Positions 27,085 through 39,600 of a DNA stretch of 64,000 bases are shown here, piece after piece (the stretch's first letter is position 1; each line of letters begins with the position of its first letter). The stretch lies in assembly GCF_009914755.1 (NCBI RefSeq), contig NC_060927.1. The stretch is one strand, 5' to 3'. The DNA comes from the human T2T-CHM13v2.0 reference genome, Homo sapiens. The notes under the pieces are model-generated. The model made no database searches. It was not told the DNA's origin and saw only the letters and a program-made list of their open reading frames with translations. The position numbers and the translations under genes are program-made.

Positions 27085-27775
27085 CTAACAAGTGCTAACA
27101 TATTTAAAAACACAAGAAGGCAGAGAGTTAATGCTAGACTTGTCCCAGAAAAGTCTAAGATGTGCATTTATAACATTTGTGTAAAATTTCAAAAGTGAAT
27201 CTGAAAACTGAGCACACCAATGCACAAATGAATTTTTATCACAAACATAAAAATTCTAGGACTTGCTGTTGAACATTCATTGCTTGCCATCAAACAAGAG
27301 AAAAGAGAACTAGGAGATGAGAGCTGACATCTTTGACTTCTAGAGTGAGAGCTCTTCCACTAGAATACATACACACAGTTTGAGGATGTATCTTTACTTG
27401 TTTTCCCATTTCTACATCCCTGGCATCTAGAATCATGGCGAGCATTTGGTAGGCACTCAGTCAACAGTTGTTGAATAAACTAGGGGTGCAATGGGGACAG
27501 CTACAACGTTAAAATTAAATAGGTGGAAAATCTACACTGTCAGTGTTTTGGAAATGGCCATATTTACTGCATCACTCAAAGTGATCTTTCCTGATAATAA
27601 AGAAAATTGCTGCATGAATTAATTAAGTCCTAAAGAATTTTTAAGTATCCATCATTTCTAAGGTGTTCTTGGCACTGGAGATAAAGTAATAAATCAAACA
27701 CAGTCTCTGACCTCATGGATCTTATATACTAGTGAAAGAAGTCAGAAAATAAATAATAAAATATCACTTTAATAT

Positions 27776-28090
27776 GGCCAGGTGTGGTGGCTTACGCCTG
27801 TAATCCCAGCACGTTGGGAGTCTGAGGTGAGTGGATCACCTGATGTCAGGAGTTCGAGACCAGCCCGACCAATACGGCGAAACCCCGTCTCTGCTGAAAA
27901 TACAAAAAATTAGCCAGGGGGGGTAGCATGCGCCTGTAGTCCCAGCTGCTTGGGAGGCTTAGACAGGCGAATTGCTTGAACCTGAGAGGCGGAGGTTCCA
28001 GTGAGCCGAGACGGCGCCATTTACTGCACTCCAACTTGGGTGACAGAGTGAGACTCTGTCTAAAAAAAAAAAAAAACAGAAAAGAAAAAA
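27776..28090 (+). mobile_element. AluS (Sx-like)
   Basis: Dimeric Alu with A-rich tail. Confidence 0.95.
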
Positions 28091-28180
28091 ATCAATTATG
28101 ATCACGAAGATTTTCTTCTTGATTATTTTTGGTTTCTCACCCTTTTTCTCTCACCCTTTGAAATGTCTTTGATTTAAAAC

Positions 28181-28360
28181 ACATGCGCAACCATGTAAAT
28201 CACACATATCCTTATCAATTATCAAGCATGCGTAACCATGTAAATCACACATATCCTTATCAATTATCAAGCATGTGTAACCATGTAAATCGCACATATC
28301 CTCATCAATTATCAAGCATGCGTAACCATGTAAATCACACATATCCTTATCAATTATCAA
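28181..28360. repeat. Minisatellite, 4 x 45 bp
   Basis: Unit GCATGCGTAACCATGTAAATCACACATATCCTTATCAATTATCAA starts at 28181, 28226, 28271 and 28316; copies 2 and 4 are identical. Confidence 0.97.
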
Positions 28361-28599
28361 GCCTGCCATGCCTACCCATCACACAGTCTCAAGCTTATCC
28401 ACAAGATTCCTCAAGATCTGAATCCCACCCACTCCCCACTCCAACCTCACTTAGCACCCTCTTCCTTGCTCATTCCATCCACCCACACTATCCTGAAGTT
28501 GTTCCTCCAGCACACCAAACACTCACAGATCTCAGACATTTCCCTTTGCTGTTTCTTATGCATGGTATGTTTTGGTTACATTTAAGCCCCTCTTACAGA

Positions 28600-28790
28600 C
28601 TCTGGAAATAAACACTGGGTTGAATTTTAGCTTTATTACTAATGGCCTGAAAAGTTGGTCAAGTTTCTCTTTCTCTCTGTGCCTCAGTTTCCTCATCTGT
28701 AGAAGGGAGTTTTTACCTAGCTCACAATTCGTTTGTAAGAATTAAATGAGTAAGGCTGCCTAACACATGATAAAATGCATGTAAATGCTA
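28600..28790 (+). mobile_element. MIR SINE remnant
   Basis: CTCTGTGCCTCAGTTTCCTCATCTGTA core. Confidence 0.75.
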
Positions 28791-28860
28791 CCAGATTGGC
28801 ACAAAACTCTCTTTTACGTTCTTAAGGTCTTTGCTCAGAGAGGCCTACTGGACCCTCTCA

Positions 28861-29169
<309 letters not shown>

Positions 29170-29242
29170 TATATATATATATATATATGTGTATATATAT
29201 GTATATATGTATATATATATGTATATATATTTTATATATATA
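29170..29242. repeat. (TA)n / (TATATG)n microsatellite at the Alu tail
   Basis: Direct reading of the sequence. Confidence 0.95.
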
Positions 29243-29680
29243 CACATTTCCATCTAATATATTATCTGCTTCTTGTTATTTACTTTAATCATCTTCCTCA
29301 ACTAAAATATTAGATCCACAAAGGCAGGATTTTTGTTTCTGTGATTATTGCGTTCCTAGCACAGCACCTGGTTATAGTAGATGTTCGATAAACTTGTGTT
29401 CAGAGAAGAAATAAATGAATGTGTGATGGAGCCCTCTCTACAGTGAAGACATGAATATGTTTATAGACGTCACTAATCTGACAATCTTTGATTCAACCAT
29501 ATATTGGAAAGCACTAACAGGTTGGTGTTTTGTGGCATATGTAATAGTTTCAGATTTGAAAGAAATCTTCAATTCATATATTTTATACCACATTTTTTTT
29601 TTTTAAAGGCAAACAGTTTTCTTCACTAACACACTGAAATTTCTGGATCTGCTTTTATAAGTTAAAGGAAATATATTTTA

Positions 29681-29995
29681 GGCTGGATGTGGTGGCTCAT
29701 GCCTATAATCCCAGCACTTTAGGAAGCTGAGGCAGGCAGATCACCTGAGGCCAGGAGTTTGAGACCAGCCTGGCCAATGTGGTGAAACTCTGTGTCTACT
29801 AAAAGTACAAAAAAAAAAAATTAATTAGCCAGGCATGTTGGTGCATGCCGGTAATCTCAACAACTCAGGAGGCTGAGGCAGGAGAATTGCTTGAACCTGG
29901 GAGGTTGAGGTTGCCATGAGCCAAGATCATGCCACTGAACTCCAGTCTGGGTGACAGAGCAAGGCTCCATAAAAACAAAAAACAAAAAACGCAAA
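29681..29995 (+). mobile_element. AluS (Sx/Sz-like)
   Basis: Dimeric Alu with patterned A-rich tail. Confidence 0.93.
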
Positions 29996-30200
29996 ATGGA
30001 AAATAACAGAAAACATTTTAGATGTATCAGAATTCAAAAATATTTATTATCTGTAGTACAAATTTACTACATATACTACATATATTATTTTTTATTCATC
30101 TTCTGTATTTATATAGCGTATCAGAGAAATGAATGTATATTCAAGAAATTTGTACAGGGAGTGACAATCTCATATTGATAAATAAAGTATCTAGGAATGG

Positions 30201-32491
30201 TGATATGGCTTGGCTGTGTCCCCACCCAAAATCTCATCTTGAAGTGTCAAGGGCGGGACCAGGTGGAGATAATTGAATCATGGGGACAGTTTCCTTCATA
30301 CTGTTCTCATGATAGTAACTGAGGTCTCGTGTGATCTGAATTGTTTTATTAGGAGCTTCCCCCTTCACTCAGCTCTCACTTCTCTCTCCTACCACCATGT
30401 GAAGAATGATATATTTGCTTCCCCTTCTGCCATGATTGTAAGTTTCCTGAGGCCTCCCCAGCCATGTGGAACTGAGTCAATTAAACCTCCTTCATTATAA
30501 ATTACCCAGTCTCCAGCAGCTCTTTATAGCAGCAGGAGAATGGGCTAATACAGTAAATTGGTACCGCAGAGAGTGGGGTGCTGCTATAAAGATACCTGAA
30601 AATGTGGAAGCAACTTTGGGAACTGGGTAACAGGCAGAGGTTGGAACAGTTTGGAGAGCTTGGAAGAAGACAGGAAGATGTGGGAAACTTTGGTACTTCC
30701 TAGAGACTTGTTGAATGGTTTTGACCAAAATGCTGATAGTGATATGGACAATGAAGTTCAGGCTGAGGTGGTCTCAGATGAAGCTGAGGAACTTCTTGGG
30801 AACTGGAAAAAAGGTGACCCTTGCTGTGCTTTAGCAAAGAGACTGGTGACATTTTTCCCCTGCCCTAGATATGTATGGAACTTTGAACTTGAGAGAAATG
30901 GTCTAGGGTTTCTGGCAGAAGAAATTTCCAAGTGGCAAAGCATTCAAGAGGAAGCAGAGCATAACAGGTCAACAAATCTGCAGCCTGATGATGCAACAGA
31001 AAAGAAAAACCCATTTTCTGGGGAGAAATTCAAGCCCACTGCAGAAATTTGCATAAGTAATGAGGAGTTGAATGTTAATCACCAAGACAATGGGGAAATA
31101 TCTCCAGGGCATGTCAGAGACCTTCCTGGCAATCCCTCCCATCACAGGCCTGGAAGCCTAGGAGGGAAAAATGGTTTTGTGGTCTGGGCCTAGGGCCTCC
31201 CTGCTCTTTGTAGCTTTGGTACATGGTGCACTGCATCCCAGCTGCTTCAGCTCCAGCTGTGGCTGAAAGGCGCCAACGTACTGCTCAGGCAATTGCTTCA
31301 GAGAGTGCAAACCCCAAGCCTTGGCAGCTTACACGTGGTGTTGGGCCTGTGAGTACACAGGAGTGAAGAATTGAGGTTTGGGAACCTCCACTTAGATTTC
31401 AGAGGATGTATGGAAACACGTGGATATCCAGGCAGAGGTGTGCTGCATGGACAGAGCCCTCATGGTGAACCTCTGCTAGGGCAGTGAAGAAGGGAAATGT
31501 GGAGTTGGAACCCCCACAGAAAGTCCCCACTGGGCCATTACCTAGTGGAGCTGTGAGAAGAGGGCCACAGTCCTCCAGACCCAAGAATGGTAGATACATT
31601 GACAGCTTGCACTATGCACCTGTAAAAGCATCAGACACTCAATGCCAGCCTGTGAAAGCAGCTGGAAGGGGGGCTGTACCCTGCAAAGCCACAGAGTGGA
31701 GCTGCTCAAGGCTGTGGGAGCCCACCTCTTGCATCAGTATGACCGGAATGTGAGACATGGTGTCAAAGGAGATCATTTTGTAACTTTTTATGTTTAGTTT
31801 AATGTTTAGTTAAAGTTTAATGACTGCCCCATTAGATCTTGGACTCTCATGGGGCCTATAGCCCCTTTGTTTTGTCCAATTTCTCCCATTTGGAATGGGT
31901 GTATTTACTCAATGCCTGTACCTCCATTGTATTTAGGAAGTAACCAGCTTGCTTTTGATTTTACAGGCTCATAAGTGGAAGGGACTTGCCTTGTCTCAGA
32001 TGAGACTTTGGACTATGGACTTTTGAGTTAATGCTGAAATAAGACTTTGGGGGACTGTTGGAATTACGTGGTTGTATTTTGAAAGGTGAGGACATGAGAT
32101 TTGGGAGGGGCCAGAGGTGGAATGATATGGATTGTCTGTGTTCCCACCCACAATCTCATTTTGAGTTGTAATAATCCCCATGTGTCAAGGGTGGGACGAA
32201 GTGGAGATAATTGAATCATGGAGGCAGTTTCCCCATATTGTTCTCATGGTAGTGAGTGAGGTCTCACAAGATCTGATAGTTTTATTAGGGACTTCGCTCC
32301 TCACTTGGCCCTCACTTCTCTCTCCTGCCACCATGTGAAGAAGGACGTGTTTGCTTCCCCTTCTGCAATGATTGTAAGTTTCCTGAAGCCTCCCCAGCTA
32401 TTTGGAACTGTGAGTCAATTAAACCTCTTTCCTTTTGAAATTACCCAGTATTGGGCAGTTCTTTATAGCAGCAGGAGACTGGACTAATGCA
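30201..32491 (+). mobile_element. Full-structure THE1C-type MaLR provirus: 5' LTR 30201-30552, internal 30553-32122, 3' LTR 32123-32491
   Basis: Two homologous TG...CA LTRs; internal region starts GTAAATTGGTACC and ends in a purine-rich PPT (GGGAGGGGCCAGAGGTGGAA); TSD only partly matches (AATGG / AATAC). Confidence 0.95.
30651..31193 (+). pseudogene. Remnant of the MaLR internal ORF, about 180 open codons
   Basis: Translation ...DRKMWETLVLPRDLLNGFDQNADSDMDNEVQAEVVSD... is typical THE1-int; the frame is disrupted downstream. Confidence 0.75.
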
Positions 32492-33429
32492 AATACCTTA
32501 CTCATACTTTCTCACACCCTATCACATTGTATAGCTATACTTTATCAAAATATTTAGAAAAATATTTATTTAAACAAATTAAATATAAGCCAATCAATTT
32601 TCTTACAAAGCCTCATGCTATGCTAAAATATGTGCTGCAACTTGTTCAGAAATCATTATACAAAATAATAAAGGAAGGTTAACATAGATAAAGTAATACA
32701 GACTATTATAATAATTTTAAAGCCTTAAGTATAACCAAGAAACACTAAAACTTTTTAAACATTTTAAAAGGCAAAACAAAATATTATCTTTCATTTGTTA
32801 TTAGTTTGAATAAACAGCTTATAAAATACAAGAAAATATTGGGCTATTATGCCAAATCAGCAAAACCTACAATAAAAATTTCATTGTAAACTATATATAA
32901 AGGTCAAAATCAATTCTAATTATTATTTTTGGTTGCCTTCAATCTTTAAAATTTAAAAAGTGTTGAATTCCTAATTGTATTTAATTTAAAAATGCAGTAA
33001 TTGCTTGCTGTTGTTTATTGTTAACTTTGGAATTTGATTAAATAATCTTATACAAACATATCAGAACATTTACTTATGAAATCCAGGCACCAACTATACA
33101 GATGACTATCTTTAAATATTGCATTTAATTCTCTTTTGCCTTTGTTAAACAGAACTAATCATGTTTTCAAAATAAATTTACATTTCTCTCAAAAACAATT
33201 CTCAAATATTGCCACCTTTATTCTTGTAAGTGCCTATTTGCCCACTGAATGTTACTTTACCACACTCAGTATGATCATCTTATTGCCCATTTCTAACCTA
33301 TTTTGTCAGAATATTATATCACCTGATTACCAGATTCAGAGTCACTTCTATAGTTCGTAATTGTGGCTTAGCTTTTAGTTCAGTGTAATTCAATGGACAT
33401 GCTGAGGACTTTTGTCAGGTGAAGCATTA

Positions 33430-34675
33430 AGGGAGGTTTCACCATCCCTCCCTTTGATGTATTTTCTTCACTTGAATGCTAGGACATTGTCTCTCAGTTT
33501 TCTTTCTACATCTCTGTTCTTTTGCATTCTCATTTGCTGGTAACTTCTCAGCTTCTCAAATTCTAAAAAAAAACCTTCGGATCTTTTTTCTATCTCTATA
33601 CTCTCTAGCTTGGCTATTTCTTCTATTATTGTGAATTTAAATACTATGCGTATTGATGGTTCTCAAATGTATATCTCTATTCCTACTTCTCACCTGAACT
33701 CCACTCAGATATGCTACTGTTTATTTGTTATTTCCATTTGTATATCTCATAAGCATTCTCAACCGAATATTAAAAAATCAAACTTTGATTTTACATCCCT
33801 CCAGCCTTTCTCTTTTCAATTAATGGCAGCTCCACTCTTTATGTTTGAAATCAACCTTGACTCATCTCTTTCTTTCTTCCCACCTACAATCCTTAAATTC
33901 AACGGCAAATGTTGTTGCCAATACCTTCAAAATATGTCCAGACTCTTAACTCTCAACAGTTTTCACACTTTCTATTGCCAGCCCCCAGATCTGAGCCACC
34001 ATCTCACCATTGGTTCATTGTAATAGTCCCCTGTCTCTTCTGCTTCCATCCTTGCTCAACTTCAATTTCTTCTCAACATAGCAGATCGAGTGAGCAGGTT
34101 TAAATGTAAATCAGCTCACAATAGTCTTTTGCTCAAAGTTTCATTGTAAATAAAACCCAAAATCTTTGTAATGGACCGTAAGAGCCTGCTTGATCTTCCT
34201 CATCCCTCTTACTTCTCTGGCTTTGTGTGCTGTTTTCTCCCATTTGCTTATTCTTCTCAGCCACTGTGGTACCATTGCTTTTCCACAATACATCACAAAC
34301 ACATTTGCATGCCATCGTACCTCCACACTTACTCTTCTCTCCGACTAGCACACATGGCTCACTCCCTTTTTGTACCTGCATACATTCCCTCAGTTGTCAT
34401 CATCCCTAGTTAGCCTGTGTTGAATTACAATCTAATTGCACCCTCCCTGAAGATACTTTGTAGTTCTCTTTCCTGATTAATTACTTCCTTAGCACTCATC
34501 AACATCTGACATACTATATAAGGTGATTTTTTAGTTTTGTATTTTCCATCTTATCCCACTAAGCATTAAGCTCCGTTGAAGGCCAAAATTTTGTCTGTGT
34601 ACTGCCATTTCTTTGACCAACACCAGTGACCAACCTTTAGAAGGTACCCAAAACACATTTGTTATTAGTGAATAC
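33430..34675 (+). mobile_element. L2 (L2a-like) LINE
   Basis: TCTCAAATGTATATCTCT..CTCACCTGAACTCCA; CCTTCAAAATATGTCCAGA; TAAAACCCAAAATCTTTG; L2-type 3' end. Confidence 0.8.
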
Positions 34676-36350
34676 ATAAGTAAAAGTTTACAACTCTGGA
34701 GTTATTTAAAACAATTTATCTTGATTACTATTGAGTGCCTTTACCGCTCCAGTTTCTCTAGGTCTGGAATATTTCTGGCTCTTGGCTGACTTTAACCTCC
34801 ACTCCAATGACTTTGATCTTACAATTTAATGACAGGCCTATCAAGTTCCAACTCTCTATGTTCCGGCTTCTAGGTTCCCTGTATGTTGGCCCCACCCACT
34901 TGGCAGGTGTGATAGCCTGTTTGCTCTGCTGGCCTCGCCTAGAGTTGCTTGCTGCAGCACACCCAGTCTCTGTCACTCATTTTTCAAAACCAAGTTATGC
35001 CAATCTGCTGGCCTTTCCCCATCACCTTATATAAATTTGTCTCTCTTGAACCTGGATGTACCCAAAAGATACTGAACTGCCTCAATCCAAAAGTCATATC
35101 TAATTCCATTTCTTTGCCCATTCCAGCCTGCTTTATACCATTGCAATCTTCCCCTGCTATGTCACAAGATGGGACAAGTCCTCAGAGTGCCTGCCTCCTG
35201 CTTTTGTGATCCTTTTCTTTCTTGGGTATTAGCCTTTTCAGGTAAACTTGGATCATGACTTGAATAAGGGGAGAGTATACTTCTGGAGCTCCAAAAATTC
35301 ATATTACCAGGGGAAAGGAAGTGTGAGGTCTCTAGGTTCAGAGTGGATGTGATGGTGGGCTGCAGGTTGTTCTAAGTCTGCCAGACCCCCATGAGTGGAC
35401 CCCTAATGATGGCTTGTTTTGGTTCTTCTCATCTTAGCAGAGAGAGAAATTAACTTTTCCTATTAGAACGGTAAGAATAAAATGTCACTAGGGAATGTAC
35501 CTTGGTACCACCCTTTACTGTGTCTCTCCTATTTCTTAGGAGTTAGAAATAAAAAGATTTTTGTTTGTTTTGTTTTAAAAAAGCCAGCTCTTATAACAAA
35601 ACCAGATATAACCAATTTTCATAAAATCTGCAGAGTGCTAAAATAGAAATGTACACAAGAAATATATTGAAGGTTGGCATGTGCAAAGGTGAGGAGGCTA
35701 GCCTGAACCTGGTATTTCTGGATTCAAAGTGCCTGATGTAGATTAAATATGGGGAAGTGATTTTAGATAATATAAAAGAGTTAAGCAGATGTGATTAGGA
35801 AACTCATACATAGGGTAGCCAAAATGGCTCCTAAGTATACTGCGGAATGTACAAATTCTTTAGTAATTTTATAAATGCAAGTGAAATCAAAAGTGATATT
35901 GTACAGCACCCATTGAATTAATAGAATTTGGAAGGTGGGTAAGTCCAAGTATTGACGAGGTCATAGAAAACCAGAAACCCTCATGAATTTCCAATGCCAT
36001 CTGAAAATAAATCTGATTGTACTGAATGAACTAAGTATGCTTATAGCATGTCATTCAAATGGAATTTCTGGTAGAGTGTTTTTGCTTCACAGGCTCAGGA
36101 AATGGCTACTTTAAAGAGAAAAACAGTTGCTTAGACATATGAGATATGATTATAAAATGAAAAAAACTAACATTCATACATTAGCAAAACTGCTTCTGGG
36201 AAGGATTTAGAAGATTCAACTTTCAATTGGATAGGCACTGAGGCTTCACTTTTTTATGTCATTTTAATTTGATAGTGTAGTTTGCCATCACATTCATTTC
36301 ACATCTTAGCAGTTCCTATCTTTTTTCTATTCACTAATTTACCACTGGTT

Positions 36351-36499
36351 CTTTTTTTTTTAATTAAAATAATTACAGATCGGGTGGGAGGTGTCTCACT
36401 ATGTTACCAAGGCTGGTCTTGAACTCCTGGCCTCAAGCAATCCTCCCAAGTTAGCCTCCCAGTTAGCTGGGATTACAGGTGGGACCCACTGTGCCTGGC
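36351..36499 (-). mobile_element. FLAM / free Alu monomer
   Basis: Single antisense monomer GTCTCACTATGTTACCAAGGCTGGTCTTGAACTCCTGGCCTCAAG. Confidence 0.85.
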
Positions 36500-36839
36500 T
36501 TCTACTGATTTTTTATGTTCTATTGTCTCATTATGGTATTTACTCCAACTACCATACTTACATTAAACGTTTAGCCCATCTATTTATAGTAGTTTTTTCC
36601 ATATATTTTTCCATTAATATTCAGATTAATAGAATTATTAGAGTAAATCTTTGTTTTCAAAAGTTAATCGGGAAAATAACATGCCGTTCCTACTTTTTAA
36701 TATTAGAGGCTTCTTTTGCGTTTTCTACACTTCTGAATCATAGTCCTGTAGGTAATTTTTATTCAAACACTACAATGAGTAAGTGGAAAATTTTAATCAA
36801 GAAAATTTTTCTGAGGCAGAGGAGTTAGGAACAAATGTT

Positions 36840-37280
36840 TATTACATGTTGAGGGAAAATGAAAGAGAGGGGCTTTCCAATTGAAGGGAAACTCAAAGCC
36901 ATGGAAATAAGTAGAAAGAAGTAGCAAGGAAGAGTGGAAAGTTGGCTGGATTTAGCTGGATGGGAGAGTCAGTCTGTAGTGGGAAAAGATAAAATTAGAG
37001 AGGTACAAAAGTGCTAGCTGACAGAGGACCTTGAATTATAGGCCAAGAGTTTAGACTTGATATGGTAGGAGTAGCTGATTCTTGAGCAGGAAAGTGACAT
37101 GATAAAAATGGCATTTGCAGAAGATTATTTTAGCAGTCTACAAAGGGATAACTGTAGCAAAAAGAGACTGGAATTGGGATAACCAGCAAAGAAGTTATTG
37201 TAACCCCTGTGTGAATAGAATAAGTCTGAAGTTATAGAAAAAGGGAGAAAGTGATAAATTTGTCAGACATCATAAAGAAA
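36840..37280 (-). mobile_element. L2 remnant
   Basis: GAGGACCTTGAAT..GGCCAAGAGTTTAGACTTGAT..TTGAGCAGGAAAGTGACATGAT. Confidence 0.65.
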
Positions 37281-37469
37281 AGTGGCTTTTAAAGCTTGCT
37301 TTCTAGATGGCCAATTTCAGAATTACTTCGAGTGCTTGTTAAAAATTCACATTTCTGTACTACATATCAAAATTTTTAATGTGATACTTTCAGTGTGATG
37401 ACTGGGAATGAGCATTTTAAAAAGTTACCTATGTGATATGTTTTAACATAGAAGTTTGAGAACTTCTGG
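37280..37469. mobile_element. MER5-family MITE remnant
   Basis: CAGAATTACT..GCTTGTTAAAAAT...GGGAATGAGCATTTT...AAGTTTGAGAACTTCTG. Confidence 0.55.
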
Positions 37470-37589
37470 CCTAGTGGAAGGATTAAGAGACTATAATGAC
37501 TATATCTTGGAGTAAGGGAGGGAAAAAAGGATAGAGTGATCATATGGCAGTCAACACAGGGCTCGGGAAAAATAATGGAATGATGAATC

Positions 37590-38311
37590 AAATCTTTAAA
37601 ATAGAGTTGATGTTTTAGAACAACTTTAGGTATATGTATAGCTTTCCCCAGTATCAACATCCCTTATCAGAGTAAAATATTTGTTCTAACAGCTGAACCT
37701 ACATTGCACATCGTTACCACCAGAGTCCATAGCTTAGAATTCAGCTCTTGATATTGCACATGCTATGGGTTTGAATAAATGTATATAATATGTATCTACC
37801 ACTATAGTATTATAGGAAGTAGTTTCACTGCCCTAAAAATCATCCGGACTCCACCTATTTATCCATTCCCTCTCTCACACCCTAACAACAATTGTTCTCT
37901 TCACTGTTTTTGTAGTTTTGCCTTTTTCGGAATGTCATATTGTTGGAATCATACAGTATGTAGCCTTTTCAGATTGGCTTCTTCCACTTAGTAACATGAA
38001 TTTAAGTTTCTTCCACGTCTCTTCACAACTCATTTATTTTCAGCATCGAATAATATTCTATTGTCTGGATTTATTTATCCATTGAAAAATAAATGTATTC
38101 ATTCACTTACTGAATGATATCTAGCTTGCTTCGAAGTTTGGCAACTACAAATAAAGATGCACAGGTTTTTGTGCAATAAAAGTTTCCTGCTTCTTTGAGT
38201 AAATACCGAGGAGTGTGGTTGCTGGATCACATGGTAAGAGTATGTTTAGTTTTGTAAGAAACTGTTCTCTAAAGTGACTGCATACGTTTGCAATCCCACC
38301 AGCAACGAAGG
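37590..38311 (-). mobile_element. L1MC-type LINE-1 3' region
   Basis: AGTAGTTTCACTGCCCTAAAAATC...GGAATCATACAGTATGTAGCCTTTTCAGATTGGCTTC...GCTGGATCACATGGTAAGAGTATGTTTAG. Confidence 0.88.
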
Positions 38312-38759
38312 ATAATTAATTGGAATTTGAAATAAATAAACTGAGCAATCATGGCAAAAAAAGATGCTGAATTTTGTGATTAACAGGTTAGAATTAAAAC
38401 AAAAGCCTTCACAGAAATGCACCTGAGACATTGAGAAAGTTAGTGAGAAGTCTGCAGTAAACGTAAACGTGGAATACACCGCACTACTGATGACAGCTGA
38501 AACCATTAAATACAGGCTATCACTTTATACAGAAAAGTAGGGTCCTATACATAGGTTTCCCCTAATTTAAGTGGGAGAAGAAGAAGAAAATTTGCCAAGT
38601 AAGGAAGAACAGCAAACAAAGATGTAGAAAAGAATCTGAGTGTCCTTTGAGCAAAGTCTGGGAAGAAAAAACATTTAAAATAATTAAAAAGGAGAGGAGG
38701 GTTTTGTCAATTGTACACACTCTCTATGGTCCTTGGGTTCCATGTCATAAGACCTAGTT

Positions 38760-38916
38760 GTTTGTTTCCCAAACTTGACTTAGGACAAGGATCATTTGGT
38801 GTATTTATAAAAAACTCAGACTCCCAGGCCCCATCTCAGTACTAAAGTCAGAATATGTAGGAAAAAAGCCCAGGAACTGGAATTTGGCAAGTTTCTCAGG
38901 TGGTTTTTATGACTGC
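38760..38916. mobile_element. MER5B-like MITE remnant
   Basis: TTTCCCAAACTTG...CAGACTCCCAGGCCCC...GCCCAGGAA...CAGGTGGTTTTTATG. Confidence 0.55.
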
Positions 38917-39086
38917 TCAGAGGCTAATTGTTTCTTATTGAGATTAGCAATTCCCAAACTGTTCATAGAGGGATGGTTGTGTATGTTGATATAATTCGGG
39001 TGTAAAATAATAGACTTGTATGCAGGCATGGCTAACTAAAATTACTTCAGGTGAAGATGGAAGTACCCTTCCAGATTAAAATAGAG

Positions 39087-39311
39087 CAGTGGTTCTCAAT
39101 CCAAGGTGATTTTGTCTTTTGGGGACATTCCGTAACATTTGGAGACAATTGTGATGGTCACAAATTGGGGGTGGGGGAAAGCTGCTGTTACCTAGCAGAT
39201 ACAGACAAGTGATATGCTAACAGTCCTATAGTGCAAAAGAGACCCTTCACCTCTCTCCACAGCAAAGAACGATTGGCCAGCATGTCAACAATGCCAAGAC
39301 CTAGAAACTAC
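39087..39311. mobile_element. MER20 hAT-Charlie MITE
   Basis: CAGTGGTTCTCAA..GGTGATTTTG..GGGGACATT..TGGAGACA..GTCACAA...CAAAGAA..ATGTCAACAATGCCAAG. Confidence 0.85.
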
Positions 39312-39600
39312 ACAATAAAAGCGAATAATAGTTGAACGCAATAAGTGAATCACATTTGGATTATGGTTTAAAATTAAAAGTAGCAGCAACAGCGGCTATA
39401 AAGTATATTCTCAGAACACTTGTGGGAAACTGGTTTATGGGATTACTAGTGTATAATATAGAATTATTGCTGTTGTTTTTCTAAGGTGTGATGTTAATTG
39501 AGTTACAATAATGAATGCTTTTGTTAGGATAGGTATGAGGAAGGCTGTAAAAATGCATACATATATGCATATATATATATGGAGAGAGAGAGAGAGAGGG

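Noticed and set aside
28181-28360. CRISPR-like appearance of regular repeats
   Set aside because: Units are contiguous with no unique spacers, there are no cas genes, and the context is primate DNA.
28183-28611. 142-aa ORF with 15-aa repeats, and the antisense 72-aa ORF
   Set aside because: Explained by the 45-bp minisatellite being stop-free and in frame; the rest is L2-like sequence with no recognisable domain.
30453-30465. PRDM9 hotspot motif in THE1 LTRs (CCTCCCCAGCCAT), and TTTCCCTAACCAC near 63461
   Set aside because: Each misses two fixed positions of CCNCCNTNNCCNC.
34740-35430. GC-richer block with overlapping short ORFs
   Set aside because: Probably an ancient LTR/ERV remnant that I cannot name; no coding signal.
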